Assembly: GCA_963692945.1 (NCBI GenBank)
Contig: OY843585.1
Span: forward strand, 1,020,001-1,052,000
Source of the DNA: Bdellovibrionales bacterium
Lineage (GTDB): Bacteria; Bdellovibrionota; Bdellovibrionia; Bdellovibrionales; UBA1609
DNA: 32,000 nucleotides
Direction of reading: 5' to 3'
Below the pieces are notes generated by a model. It saw only the letters and a list, made by a program, of their open reading frames with translations. It was not told the DNA's origin and ran no database searches. Below, one piece after another: positions 9,211-18,480 of this stretch. A program made the position numbers and the translations under genes. The first letter of the stretch is position 1, and the number at the start of each line of letters is the position of its first letter.

Positions 9211-9798
9211 ATGAAAAAAATACTATTAATAATGAGCGTATTGGTTCTAACATCTTGTGGTGATCTCTTGAGTATGTTAGGTTTTGGTCCAGATTGTGAT
9301 GGTTGGGGTGTTCCAAATCTTAAGGAATTTGTTGAAGCTGATCAAAAACAAGTTTCAAGTACACCTAACAAGTTAAATGCTTCAACAGTTCAATCTGATG
9401 TCTATTATCAAGCTACACTACATAATTTTACTGACAAAGATCATATTGATTATAGGCTTTCTAAAGTAGATGCTAAAGTTGGTGATGATCTAGGTTTAGT
9501 AACTACAGGAACAGTTTATGTTGGATTTGTAAGATTTATTCCTAAGAAATCAGGAACATATGGTTTCTGGGCTGATACAAGAGCTTGGATTGAAGTGAAA
9601 GAACAAAAAACTAATATAAAACCAAAGGTTCCTGCTTACGAAACTTACTGTGGAAAAGATAAAAAAGAAGATTCTTATGATACAGTAGATCGTTATAAAA
9701 AAGTGGTTTATGTTAAATTAGAAAAAGACGAACCTTATACAGTTGGTTTTTTAAGATCTCAAGGTAAGTTTGTTCGCTTTGCCATTGAAAAACCGTAA
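9211..9798 (+). CDS. Hypothetical lipoprotein
   Basis: Strong SD (AAAGGAGG) and lipobox LTSC in MKKILLIMSVLVLTSCG. A terminator follows. Confidence 0.65.
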   Translation: MKKILLIMSVLVLTSCGDLLSMLGFGPDCDGWGVPNLKEFVEADQKQVSSTPNKLNASTVQSDVYYQATLHNFTDKDHIDYRLSKVDAKVGDDLGLVTTGTVYVGFVRFIPKKSGTYGFWADTRAWIEVKEQKTNIKPKVPAYETYCGKDKKEDSYDTVDRYKKVVYVKLEKDEPYTVGFLRSQGKFVRFAIEKP

Positions 9799-9829
9799 TT
9801 AAATATAGAGTTTAATTATAATAAATTAA

Positions 9830-9860
9830 AAAGGGTTTCTGAAAAGAAACCCTTTTATTT
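9830..9860 (+). terminator. Intrinsic terminator
   Basis: AAAGGGTTTC-TGAAAA-GAAACCCTTT hairpin followed by a T-rich tail. Confidence 0.65.
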
Positions 9861-9881
9861 ATCAACAGAATAATTATTAAA

Positions 9882-11156
9882 ATGCAAACATGTGATCTTC
9901 TTTATGGTTATATTTATCTTGATAAATTAGCACAATCTATTATAGATACTTCTATTTTTCAAAGATTACGCTCTATTCAACAACTGGGGTTTTCTCAATA
10001 TGCTTTCCCTTCTGGTATTGGCAATCGGTTCACTCATTCTTTAGGCTGTAGTTATTTAGCTGGTAAAGCCTTTGAATCTATTTTTAATAAAGATTATGCC
10101 AAATCCCTTCCTCTTAAAGAGAGTAAGAAAAGAGAGTTTAAAAAAGTTTTACAAATTGCCGCTCTTCTTCATGATATAGGTCATGGTCCCTTGAGTCATT
10201 CCAGTGAGTGTCTTATGCCGAAACTAGAAGATCTTAAAATTCATAAATATTTTAATACTCAAGCTACAAGACAAATCTCTCGTCATGAAGATTATAGTGT
10301 TAAAATGATTATGGAAACTGAAATATATGATCTCCTCAAAAAAGAAAATATAGACCCTCAAGCCGTGGTACAACTTATTCATCAAGAGTCTTTTGGTGCT
10401 GAAGATTTTTTTAAAGATCAAGGTATTTGTTATCTACCTCTTTTACAACAAATTATTAGTTCTGAATTGGATGTAGATCGTATGGATTATTTATATAGAG
10501 ACTCTATATATTGTGGAGTAAAGTATGGGTTGATAGATTTTAAATGGCTTATTTCTCATTTTGATAGTCATCGCGAAAACAATGACATTTTTTTATCTAT
10601 AAATAGTAAAGCTCTTTATACTATTGAAAGTTTTATCTTAGGACGACAGCATATGAGAATGATTGTCTATTTTCATCATAAATCTGTTATCTATAATGAG
10701 ATGTTAAAAAAATATGCTAAAACCTCTCATTGGAAACTTCCTACATGTATTAAAGAATATTCTTATTTTACAGATAGTCATCTTATAGATAAATTGAGAG
10801 AAGAGAGTGAACGAAATGATTGGGCTTTTCGTATTGTTAATCAGAAGCCTTATATAAGGCTTTATGAGTACAATCGTGTCAATGAAACTAAAAGAGAAAA
10901 TAAAGAATCTTTTAATTGTTTAAAAGAATCTCTTGAAAAAGAAAATATTTCTTATATAGAAATAAATTCTAACAAAAACGCTATCAAGCCTTCTAAAAAA
11001 ATAACTCCCTATCCTATTTTTTTAAAAAATGATTTGCTAAATACAGTTGTAAATCCATTTAAAGATTCTAGTCTTTTTAATAAAGTTGAAAGACAAATTG
11101 ATAGAATTTATGTTGATTCTAAAGAAATGGAAAGATCTAAAAAATTCCTATTCTGA
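9882..11156 (+). CDS. HD-domain metal-dependent phosphohydrolase (COG1078, SAMHD1-like dNTPase family)
   Basis: RFTHSLGCSYLAG, LLHDIGHGPLSHSSE and DVDRMDYLYRDSIYCGVKYG motifs. Confidence 0.85.
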   Translation: MQTCDLLYGYIYLDKLAQSIIDTSIFQRLRSIQQLGFSQYAFPSGIGNRFTHSLGCSYLAGKAFESIFNKDYAKSLPLKESKKREFKKVLQIAALLHDIGHGPLSHSSECLMPKLEDLKIHKYFNTQATRQISRHEDYSVKMIMETEIYDLLKKENIDPQAVVQLIHQESFGAEDFFKDQGICYLPLLQQIISSELDVDRMDYLYRDSIYCGVKYGLIDFKWLISHFDSHRENNDIFLSINSKALYTIESFILGRQHMRMIVYFHHKSVIYNEMLKKYAKTSHWKLPTCIKEYSYFTDSHLIDKLREESERNDWAFRIVNQKPYIRLYEYNRVNETKRENKESFNCLKESLEKENISYIEINSNKNAIKPSKKITPYPIFLKNDLLNTVVNPFKDSSLFNKVERQIDRIYVDSKEMERSKKFLF

Positions 11157-11172
11157 CAGTCCGTCAGTTTTT
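11153..11172 (+). terminator. Weak terminator-like hairpin overlapping the HD gene stop
   Basis: CTGAC-AGTCC-GTCAG followed by T5. The stem is only 5 bp. Confidence 0.3.
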
Positions 11173-11232
11173 AGATCAATAACTATTAAATTTCTAATTT
11201 TTTAAGATTATTTTTTTGCTTAAGTATTATTT

Positions 11233-12663
11233 ATGAAGTTTTTTTCTTTTGTTAGAGATGATTTTGTTTTGAGTCCCGTTGAAATTCAAGTGAATCTTTT
11301 ACCTGGTCTTCCAGAAGTAAAATTTAGTGGGCTTGTAGATCTAGCTATCAAGGAAAGTGCCACTCGTTTAAAATCAGCTTTTCGTAAATCAGGATTTCAT
11401 TGGCCTAATAAACAGCAAATCATTATCAATGTATCTCCAGCTTATATTAAAAAAAGCAGCTTAGGCATGGATTTGGCTTTAGCCTCAGCCATTTTATGGA
11501 AAACCTCTCAGGTTGATTTTTCCTTATACAATACTTCTCATATTTATACTTATGGAGAAGTTGGTTTAGATGGAGATATTGTGGCTCCTGAAGATTGGAA
11601 TACTTTGCCTCTTAAAGAGACGGATCTTCTTATTACAGGACTTTCTAAAGATGAAAACTACAGAAAAAACAACTACTTAGCAAAAACTCTTAAAGATATA
11701 GATAAAGCCATTTCACTTCCTGTTAAAAGTTGGAAAACTCAATTAAAGAAACCAGAAATACCAGATATAAGTTTTTCTGAATCGGCTGGTCTTATTTTAA
11801 AACTTGTGGCAGCAGGGGAACACAATCTTTTGCTTTGTGGAGAGGCTGGTTCAGGAAAAACCACTTTGACAGAAAATCTTTATTTCCTTTTAGATCCTCC
11901 TAATAAAAAAAGCTGGGAAGAATCTAAAAGTCTTTTTAGAAAAGAGACTACAGGTTGGAGGCCTTATGTTAACCCTCATCATACTACAACTTCTTTATCT
12001 ATGGTTGGAGGAGGAGTTCCTTTGTTTCCAGGTGAAATATCAAGAGCTCACGGAGGGTTGTTAGTTTTAGATGAATATTTAGAATTTCATTCTAAAGTGC
12101 AAGAGGCTTTAAGAGAGCCTGTTGAAAAAGGACAAATAAGACTTGTAAGAAGAGGTAAAAGCATGGTTTTTCCAACCCAGTTTTTATTAGCAGCAACTAG
12201 TAATCTTTGTCCCTGTGGGGATTATATACCAGGAAGAAATAGTTCTTGTGCCTATTCTTTAAGAAGATGTCAGTCTTATTTAGATCGTCTAAGTGGTCCT
12301 ATGTTAGACCGATTTGATATTTTGGCTTTTTCAAATCAATGGAAAGGGGAGAGAACCATTTCTCTTAAAAGTCTTTTTCAAGACTTACAACAAGCCTCTC
12401 AGTATAGGCGAGAAAAAAGAAAGCAAGAAGTTTTAAATGGTCAATTAAGTCTTAAAGATTTAGAATTTATGTTAAAAAAACAGGATTTACAACATCTCCC
12501 AGAAACATCCTCTCATAGACGAAAAAGAGCCTTACTTCGTGTGGCTAGAAGCTTTTCTGATTTTCAAGGAGAAGAAAATATCAGCTATAAATCTATTGAA
12601 CAGGCTTTTCCATTCACAATAAAGAACTTTTATTTTTTAAAAAACAGAATGTTGATAAATTAG
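11233..12663 (+). CDS. comM: YifB/ComM family Mg-chelatase-like AAA+ ATPase
   Basis: N-terminal Lon/ChlI-like domain (IIINVSPAYIKKSSLGMDLALASAILW), Walker A GEAGSGKTT, Walker B LLVLDEY, and the Cys-rich insert CPCGDY...C...C. Confidence 0.88.
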   Translation: MKFFSFVRDDFVLSPVEIQVNLLPGLPEVKFSGLVDLAIKESATRLKSAFRKSGFHWPNKQQIIINVSPAYIKKSSLGMDLALASAILWKTSQVDFSLYNTSHIYTYGEVGLDGDIVAPEDWNTLPLKETDLLITGLSKDENYRKNNYLAKTLKDIDKAISLPVKSWKTQLKKPEIPDISFSESAGLILKLVAAGEHNLLLCGEAGSGKTTLTENLYFLLDPPNKKSWEESKSLFRKETTGWRPYVNPHHTTTSLSMVGGGVPLFPGEISRAHGGLLVLDEYLEFHSKVQEALREPVEKGQIRLVRRGKSMVFPTQFLLAATSNLCPCGDYIPGRNSSCAYSLRRCQSYLDRLSGPMLDRFDILAFSNQWKGERTISLKSLFQDLQQASQYRREKRKQEVLNGQLSLKDLEFMLKKQDLQHLPETSSHRRKRALLRVARSFSDFQGEENISYKSIEQAFPFTIKNFYFLKNRMLIN

Positions 12664-12698
12664 AAATTTTACTTTAATCTCTTTTTATATTCTCTTTT

Positions 12699-12772
12699 GG
12701 TGGCGTGGCCGAGCGGTTAGGCAGTGGATTGCAAATCCACGTACATCGGTTCAAGTCCGGTCGCCACCTCCA
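12699..12772 (+). tRNA. tRNA-Cys (anticodon GCA)
   Basis: 74 nt with acceptor stem GGTGGCG/CGCCACC and anticodon loop TTGCAAA. The T-arm is CGGTTCAAGTCCG and the CCA end is encoded. Confidence 0.93.
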
Positions 12773-12774
12773 TT

Positions 12775-12895
12775 TACAAAACTCTCGTTCAGTTACTTAG
12801 ATATTTTCTTACTCTTATTTTAACGAGCTTTTCATCGTAAAAGGGACGCTCTTCAAATATCGTGAAAAATAAAAGGTTTGAACTAGAGTTTTATA
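12775..12895 (+). repeat. Single-unit copy (121 bp) of the hairpin-module element
   Basis: It begins with the same TACAAAACTCTCGTTC 3 nt after the tRNA CCA and ends with GAACTAGAGTTTTATA. It carries the core CTTTTCATCGTAAAAGGGACGCTCTTCAA (12828-12856), nearly identical to 8781-8808. Confidence 0.75.
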
Positions 12896-13256
12896 AAATA
12901 GTTTGATCTAAAATCATGAGCATTTGATTTATATTTCTTTGATTTTGTAGATATATTTTTTTGCCATTATTATAATCTTTTTGAGCCGTTGTTTTATTTA
13001 TCCCTTTTACAATTTTATATTTAAAAAGATACCCTTCTGTTTTCCATTTGCTGTTATTTGCACGTTTAAGAAACTCTAAAGATTTTTTTGCATCTTTTTT
13101 TGCATCTTTGTAAATTTCGTAATCTGACTTAGCTATTTCTTCATGAATTTTTGGACAGTCTATACAATTTTCTTGTTCTTTTTTTGATTCTACTTTTGGT
13201 GGTTCTGCAAAGGCCATGCCATTTACCAAAAATGTTAAAATAACCAATGCTTTCAT
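12891..13256 (-). CDS. Hypothetical secreted Lys-rich protein
   Basis: The Met at 13256 is preceded by AAGGAG with 6-nt spacing. The signal peptide is MKALVILTFLVNGMAFA. The track start at 13283 lacks an RBS. Confidence 0.6.
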   Translation of the reverse strand: MKALVILTFLVNGMAFAEPPKVESKKEQENCIDCPKIHEEIAKSDYEIYKDAKKDAKKSLEFLKRANNSKWKTEGYLFKYKIVKGINKTTAQKDYNNGKKIYLQNQRNINQMLMILDQTIL

Positions 13257-13358
13257 GTAAATCTCCTTATAGTTTTTATACATATCTTATCATCGTCATT
13301 ATTATTTTATAACTTTAATTTTTTAGAGAATCGCTAGGTGAGTGACTAAATTCTAGAT

Positions 13359-14597
13359 TTAGAGAAATTGATTTAGCTTTGAAAGAGGAATATTACTTTG
13401 TTCTTGAGTTTTAAGATTTTTCAATCCTATAGTGTTTTCCTGATTTGAAAGTTCTTTTTCTCCATAGAATAAAGCAATAGAACAGTTTTTTTGACTGATC
13501 CGTTTCATTTGTTTAGAAACATTTCCAGAAAAATGATAGTAAACTTTATGACCATCTTCTCTTAATTGATAAGCAATTTGAAAAGCTTTCTTTTGTGCTT
13601 CACTTCCTGTAGATACAATGCCTATCACTTTCTCTTGTTTTTTAGAAGATTCGCAAAGCAATATTAAACGTTCCAATCCAGCACCCCAGCCAACAGCCGG
13701 TGTGTCAGCTCCTCCAAGAATCTTAATAAGAGAATCATATCTTCCACCAGCTAAAACTCCTGACTGTGATCCAAGATGAGGGCTAGTAAATTCAAAAACA
13801 AAATCATTGTAATAATCTAAACCACGAACCAATTTAAAATTTTCTGTAAAAGGTATTTTTAATTCCGACAAATGATTTTTTAGATTTTCATATTTTGTGA
13901 GAGATTCTTTTTTTAAATTCTCTATTAAAAGAGGGGCTTTTTTCATAATCTCTTGATCCGATTCCTCTTTAGAATCCCAAATTCTTAAAGGATTTTTCTG
14001 GAATCGCCTTTGACTATCAGGACTTAATTTTTGAAGGATAGGTTTTAAAAATTCTCTTAACTGATTTTTATAAGTTTCTCTTTCTGAAAGATTTCCAATG
14101 CTATTGATTTCAAGAGATATTTTATTTTGAATTTTAAGTTTTTTCATAATAAGCCAAGCCATGGATAGTATTTCTACAGTTGCTTTTTCATCATCTGTTC
14201 CTAACACTTCAACACCTAGCTGATAAAATTGACGAAATCGTCCTTTTTGTGGTCTCTCGTGGCGAAACATAGGGCCATAATAAAAAAACTTTAAAGGAAT
14301 TTGTTTATGTAATTTTTCTGTAATAAATAGTCTAGCAATGGAGGCTGTTCCTTCAGGTCTTAATGTTAAATTTTCTTCCCCTTTTTGAAAACTATACATT
14401 TCTTTATTAACAACATCAGAACCTTCTCCTAAAGTTTTAACAAATAAATCAGAATTTTCTAAAATAGGGGATTCTATTCTTTCAAAACAAAAAGACTTTA
14501 TAACTTCAATAGATTGAGATAAGATATCATCAAAATGAATGCAATATTCAGGTAATCTATCTGGAAAACCTCGCACTCGTTGTAAGGTTTTTGACAT
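13359..14597 (-). CDS. hisS: Histidine--tRNA ligase
   Basis: Class II aaRS motifs including RGLDYY and AGGRYD. The start overlaps the sodB stop by 1 nt. Confidence 0.95.
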   Translation of the reverse strand: MSKTLQRVRGFPDRLPEYCIHFDDILSQSIEVIKSFCFERIESPILENSDLFVKTLGEGSDVVNKEMYSFQKGEENLTLRPEGTASIARLFITEKLHKQIPLKFFYYGPMFRHERPQKGRFRQFYQLGVEVLGTDDEKATVEILSMAWLIMKKLKIQNKISLEINSIGNLSERETYKNQLREFLKPILQKLSPDSQRRFQKNPLRIWDSKEESDQEIMKKAPLLIENLKKESLTKYENLKNHLSELKIPFTENFKLVRGLDYYNDFVFEFTSPHLGSQSGVLAGGRYDSLIKILGGADTPAVGWGAGLERLILLCESSKKQEKVIGIVSTGSEAQKKAFQIAYQLREDGHKVYYHFSGNVSKQMKRISQKNCSIALFYGEKELSNQENTIGLKNLKTQEQSNIPLSKLNQFL

Positions 14598-15178
14598 TAA
14601 GAATCCAAATTTCTACTGACAAAATCCCAATTCACTAAATTCCAAAAGGCTTCCATGTATTTGTTTCTAGCATTTCTATAGTCAATATAGTAAGCATGCT
14701 CCCAAACATCACAAGTTAGAAGTGCTTTTTGTTTAGGGTTGGTAAGCGGAGTTTCTGCATTAGGAGTTTTAACAATTTTTAAAGATTCTGATTCTTTAAC
14801 GAGCCAAGCCCAACCCGAGCCAAATTGAGTTAGAGCAGCCGTCGTAAATTCTTCTTTAAATTTATCAATAGAACCAAAAGATTTTTCTAGAGATTGACTG
14901 AGATCTTTTTGAGGATTCCCTCCTCCTTTGGGAGATAAGCTGTTCCAGTAAAAGGTGTGATTCCATACTTGAGCCGCATTATTAAAAACTCCTCCTTTAG
15001 AATTTTGAACAATCTCTTTGAGAGTGGCTTTTTTTAATTCTGAGTCTTGAATCTGTCCATTGAGTTTATCAACATAAGATTTGTGATGTTTTCCATAGTG
15101 AAACTCTAAAGTCTCTTCAGAAATATGAGGAGATAAAGAAGATTTAGAATAAGGTAATTCTGGTAGTGTTATAGACAT
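14597..15178 (-). CDS. sodB: Superoxide dismutase (Fe type)
   Basis: HHxxY at the N-terminus, AAQVWNHTFYW, and DVWEHAYYIDY metal ligands. AAGGAGG lies upstream. Confidence 0.95.
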   Translation of the reverse strand: MSITLPELPYSKSSLSPHISEETLEFHYGKHHKSYVDKLNGQIQDSELKKATLKEIVQNSKGGVFNNAAQVWNHTFYWNSLSPKGGGNPQKDLSQSLEKSFGSIDKFKEEFTTAALTQFGSGWAWLVKESESLKIVKTPNAETPLTNPKQKALLTCDVWEHAYYIDYRNARNKYMEAFWNLVNWDFVSRNLDS

Positions 15179-15208
15179 AGATGCCTCCTTTTATTGTTAT
15201 ATAAGACC

Positions 15209-15236
15209 ATTATGTTCATTTTTCTTAGATAATCAA
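15209..15236 (-). promoter_or_regulatory. Putative sigma70 promoter for sodB-hisS
   Basis: On the minus strand: TTGATT, a 16-nt spacer, then CATAAT. It lies about 30 nt upstream of the sodB start. Confidence 0.45.
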
Positions 15237-15326
15237 GAAAAGAAAAATCTACTTGTTGAATTTTATGAGCTGACAAAATGAGTCTTTAATTTTACTTTTT
15301 ATAGAGATTAAGTTTAACTAATTAAG

Positions 15327-15355
15327 TTGAATTAAAAAAAGATTATTAGTATAAT
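15327..15355 (+). promoter_or_regulatory. Putative sigma70 promoter for the cca-family gene
   Basis: TTGAAT, a 17-nt spacer, then a consensus TATAAT. It ends 29 nt before the ATG. Confidence 0.55.
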
Positions 15356-15383
15356 GTTTAACCTTTTTTGTGAGTAATAACTA

Positions 15384-16625
15384 ATGTTTCAAGTAGAAGA
15401 AAACTTATCTAAAAACCCTAAATGGCTTGAGGTTAAAGAAGTCCTTAAAGGACTTTCTAGTCAAGGCTATCAAGTTGTTTTAGCTGGTGGTGGGGTTCGA
15501 GATTCTTTGCTTGGTCTCATACCAAAAGATTTTGATATAGCCACTTCTGCCAAACCAGAGGAAGTCTTGAAAGTTTTTCCAGAGGCTAAAAATATATGGT
15601 CAAAGTATGGAAATATTTCCATTCCTTTCAAAAAGTTTAAAGGGCATGTAGATGTTACAACTTTTAGAAAAGAACTCTCCTATCAAGATGGAAGACATCC
15701 TGACGGTATTGAATACGCTTCTATAGAAGAAGACGCGCGACGAAGAGATTTTACAATCAATGCTTTATTTTATGATATGGAACAACAAAAAATTATTGAT
15801 TTTGTGGATGGATTGAAAGATTTGGAAACTAAAACTTTACGAGCCGTAGGGGATTGCAAAAAAAAATTTGAAGAAGATCATTTGAGAATTTTAAGGGCTT
15901 TGAGATTTTCCCATCAGTTTGGTTTTTCTATGGAGCAACAAATGCAAGAAGCCATTTCTTCTTCCTATAAAAAACTTAGTAAAATCTCTCAAGAAAGAAT
16001 CACTAGTGAATTGTTCAAAATGCTTTCTGTTGGAGAAATAGGAAAAGGATTGAATCTTTTAAATCAATACCATGTTTTAAATTTGGTATTTCATCTGCCA
16101 AATGCATTTGTAAAAAATCCTCATTTTTTTTGGAAACAGAAATTTTCTTTTTGTAGTGAATCTTCTTATATATGGACTGTCGTTGGACTTCCTTACTTTC
16201 AAAAAGAAGAAACCTTTAAGTTTTATTTGCAACAATTAAAGATTTCCTCCCATGATATAAAAAAGAGTTTGTCTTATTTTAAATCCTTTCAAAATTTAGT
16301 TTCTTCATCAAGTTCTTTAGCAAATCAGCTCAAATCCTTAAATCCTTATTTTGATAAAATAAAAGAACTGTCTTTGCTATGGTGTAAAGGTTATCAAATA
16401 GAAAGCCAAAGTCTTCACACTCTTTTTAAGAAATTCAATCAAATGGGAGAGTGGCCAAAACCTCTTGTAACTAGTAAAGATCTTTTTACAGAGAGTTGTT
16501 TTCCAAAAATAAAATTCAGTTATCTCTTAGACAAAGCTTTTGATTTACAAATAGAAAACCCACAAAAAAGTAAAGAAGACATTTTAAAAGATTTAAAAAA
16601 ATATTACTTAGAGGAATCTTGTTGA
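15384..16625 (+). CDS. cca: CCA-adding enzyme / poly(A) polymerase family nucleotidyltransferase
   Basis: GGGVRDSLLG...DFDIAT head-domain motif and RRDFTINA. 413 aa. Confidence 0.85.
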   Translation: MFQVEENLSKNPKWLEVKEVLKGLSSQGYQVVLAGGGVRDSLLGLIPKDFDIATSAKPEEVLKVFPEAKNIWSKYGNISIPFKKFKGHVDVTTFRKELSYQDGRHPDGIEYASIEEDARRRDFTINALFYDMEQQKIIDFVDGLKDLETKTLRAVGDCKKKFEEDHLRILRALRFSHQFGFSMEQQMQEAISSSYKKLSKISQERITSELFKMLSVGEIGKGLNLLNQYHVLNLVFHLPNAFVKNPHFFWKQKFSFCSESSYIWTVVGLPYFQKEETFKFYLQQLKISSHDIKKSLSYFKSFQNLVSSSSSLANQLKSLNPYFDKIKELSLLWCKGYQIESQSLHTLFKKFNQMGEWPKPLVTSKDLFTESCFPKIKFSYLLDKAFDLQIENPQKSKEDILKDLKKYYLEESC

Positions 16626-16795
16626 TCTTTTTTTTGAAATGTTCTGCCAGAATGGTTTCTCCAATTTTTATTTGAATCTTGAGAGTATCTATCTTTCCAT
16701 TCTTTAAAAAAAGAATCTCGGGAATGTTGAATGTCTCCTTTTTTATTAAAAATAGGATATTTTGTTCCAAATAAAAAATTCATAATTTTTTTCAT
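16604..16795 (-). CDS. Small basic hypothetical protein (63 aa)
   Basis: Stop-free frame in AT-rich DNA, with a convergent 22-nt overlap on the cca 3' end. There is no clear SD and no recognised domain. Confidence 0.35.
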   Translation of the reverse strand: MKKIMNFLFGTKYPIFNKKGDIQHSRDSFFKEWKDRYSQDSNKNWRNHSGRTFQKKDQQDSSK

Positions 16796-16860
16796 ATTAA
16801 TAATGTAATTGAAATCTTAAATCTTGACAACTGTCTTTTGTTGATACTTTATAAGGAGAA

Positions 16861-17280
16861 ATGAATCGCAATCAAAAGATTATGAAGCATTTTCCAAATC
16901 ACTTTTCTTGGAAGGAAAAATACAGAAAAATTATATCTTTAGGAAAAGAACTTCCAGACTTTAATGAGGAAGATAAAAAATCAGAACTGTTAATTAAATC
17001 TTGTCAATCTAGACTATGGCTCAAAGCTGAATTAAATGAAAAAGGAGAAGTGGTTTTTACAGGAGATAGTGAAGGTCTTATTTCAAAAGGTTTATTAGCC
17101 ATTATGATTGCTTTTTACTCTCATCAACCAGCCAGAGATATTTTAAAATCAAAACCTTTGTTTCTTGAAGAGTTACATCTTGATCAGTATTTAAGTCTTA
17201 AAAGAACAAATGGTCTTCAAGCTCTTATTGATCAAATAAGGAATTACGCAAAAGCTTTTAGTCTTCTTGAAACAGATTAA
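16861..17280 (+). CDS. sufE: SufE family cysteine desulfuration protein
   Basis: The conserved Cys context KSCQSRLWL and AAGGAG immediately upstream of the ATG. Confidence 0.85.
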   Translation: MNRNQKIMKHFPNHFSWKEKYRKIISLGKELPDFNEEDKKSELLIKSCQSRLWLKAELNEKGEVVFTGDSEGLISKGLLAIMIAFYSHQPARDILKSKPLFLEELHLDQYLSLKRTNGLQALIDQIRNYAKAFSLLETD

Positions 17281-17358
17281 ATAGCTATAAATTAAAAGCA
17301 TAAAATAAAAGAAATTTTAATCCTACATGGCATAAACGCTTTAACAGCCTTTAAAAAA

Positions 17359-17386
17359 GCTTAAAATCTGAAATTTTAAGTTTTTT
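17359..17386 (+). terminator. Weak AT-rich terminator-like hairpin after sufE
   Basis: CTTAAAAT-loop-ATTTTAAG followed by T6. Confidence 0.35.
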
Positions 17387-17455
17387 AGTGCTTTTTATTA
17401 AAAATCAGCCTTAAAAGCCTAATAAATAAGTGTAAAAATACCGATTAAAGTCTTA

Positions 17456-18370
17456 ATGACTTCTTTTAGAGAATTTCTTTTTATAACTTGTTTTATAGGG
17501 GTTTTTATATCTTGTAGCCCCATACAATATGTGGCTATTGATGAATCTGTCTATACTTCAACGAATTTAGCACCTACTGTTCCTGTTGAAAGTGAGTCTT
17601 TTGAAAATCAGGATATAGGTCTTTTCAAAGATAATAATGAACATATTGATAGGTGGATAAAGTATTTTGCAGAAGGTCATGGAAGACAATCTATGAAGAA
17701 CTACCTAGAACGTTCCAATCGCTACATAAGTCTTATGAAAGGTATTTTTAAAGAGCATGATTTGCCAGAAGATTTGGTTTATATTGCTATGGTTGAATCA
17801 GGGTTTCAGTCTTCGGTTGTAAGCTCTAAAAATGCCGTTGGTTATTGGCAGTTTATAGAATCTACTGGAAAAAGATACGGCTTAACAATCAATAATATTA
17901 TAGATGAGAGACAAGATTTTGTTTTAGTCACTCAGGCTGCTGCTAGATATCTTAAAGATCTTTATGAGATGTTTGAGGATTGGAATTTAGCCATAGCGGC
18001 TTACAATGCAGGAGAGGGTAGAGTAAGCAAAGCTCTTCACAATAGTTTTCATAAAGACTATTGGTCTTTAGTTGAGAATAAAAAATTACCTAAAGAAACT
18101 TCTCAGTTTGTTCCTAAAATTATAGCCATGAAAAAGATTGCAGTTCACCCTTGGAAATACAATTTTTCTAATCTCAACTACTATGAACCTTTAGATTATA
18201 GCTCTGTAAATATTTCCAAATCTTTTTCTTTGAAAAATCTTGCTGAAGTTATAAAGGTTCCTCATGAAGAGTTATTAGGTTTAAACCCTAAATACAAACA
18301 AGATATTGTTCCTTTATTGAATGGGAAAAAAATAGAGATTCGTATTCCTGCCAGTATAGCCTTTATTTAA
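17456..18370 (+). CDS. mltD: Membrane-bound lytic murein transglycosylase D-like lipoprotein
   Basis: Lipobox FISC, SLT domain with catalytic Glu in MVESGFQ, GYWQF and AYNAGEG motifs, and a LysM-like C-terminus. Confidence 0.85.
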   Translation: MTSFREFLFITCFIGVFISCSPIQYVAIDESVYTSTNLAPTVPVESESFENQDIGLFKDNNEHIDRWIKYFAEGHGRQSMKNYLERSNRYISLMKGIFKEHDLPEDLVYIAMVESGFQSSVVSSKNAVGYWQFIESTGKRYGLTINNIIDERQDFVLVTQAAARYLKDLYEMFEDWNLAIAAYNAGEGRVSKALHNSFHKDYWSLVENKKLPKETSQFVPKIIAMKKIAVHPWKYNFSNLNYYEPLDYSSVNISKSFSLKNLAEVIKVPHEELLGLNPKYKQDIVPLLNGKKIEIRIPASIAFI

Positions 18371-18480
18371 TTTTTAAATACGATAAGCCGATATTTTATT
18401 ATATGAAAAAAATCATTCTTTTTAGCTTAAAAAGTTTTACCTACTCTTTTATATTTTTTAGTTTATTTGCAATTTCTGTT

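Noticed and set aside
17355-17364. Shared AAAAAGCTTA motif upstream of three + strand genes (17355, 21940, 28051)
   Set aside because: The shorter AAAAGCTT core also occurs inside several coding regions (for example in rnhB, sufE and cysS). The flanks do not align. It is compatible with chance in AT-rich DNA.
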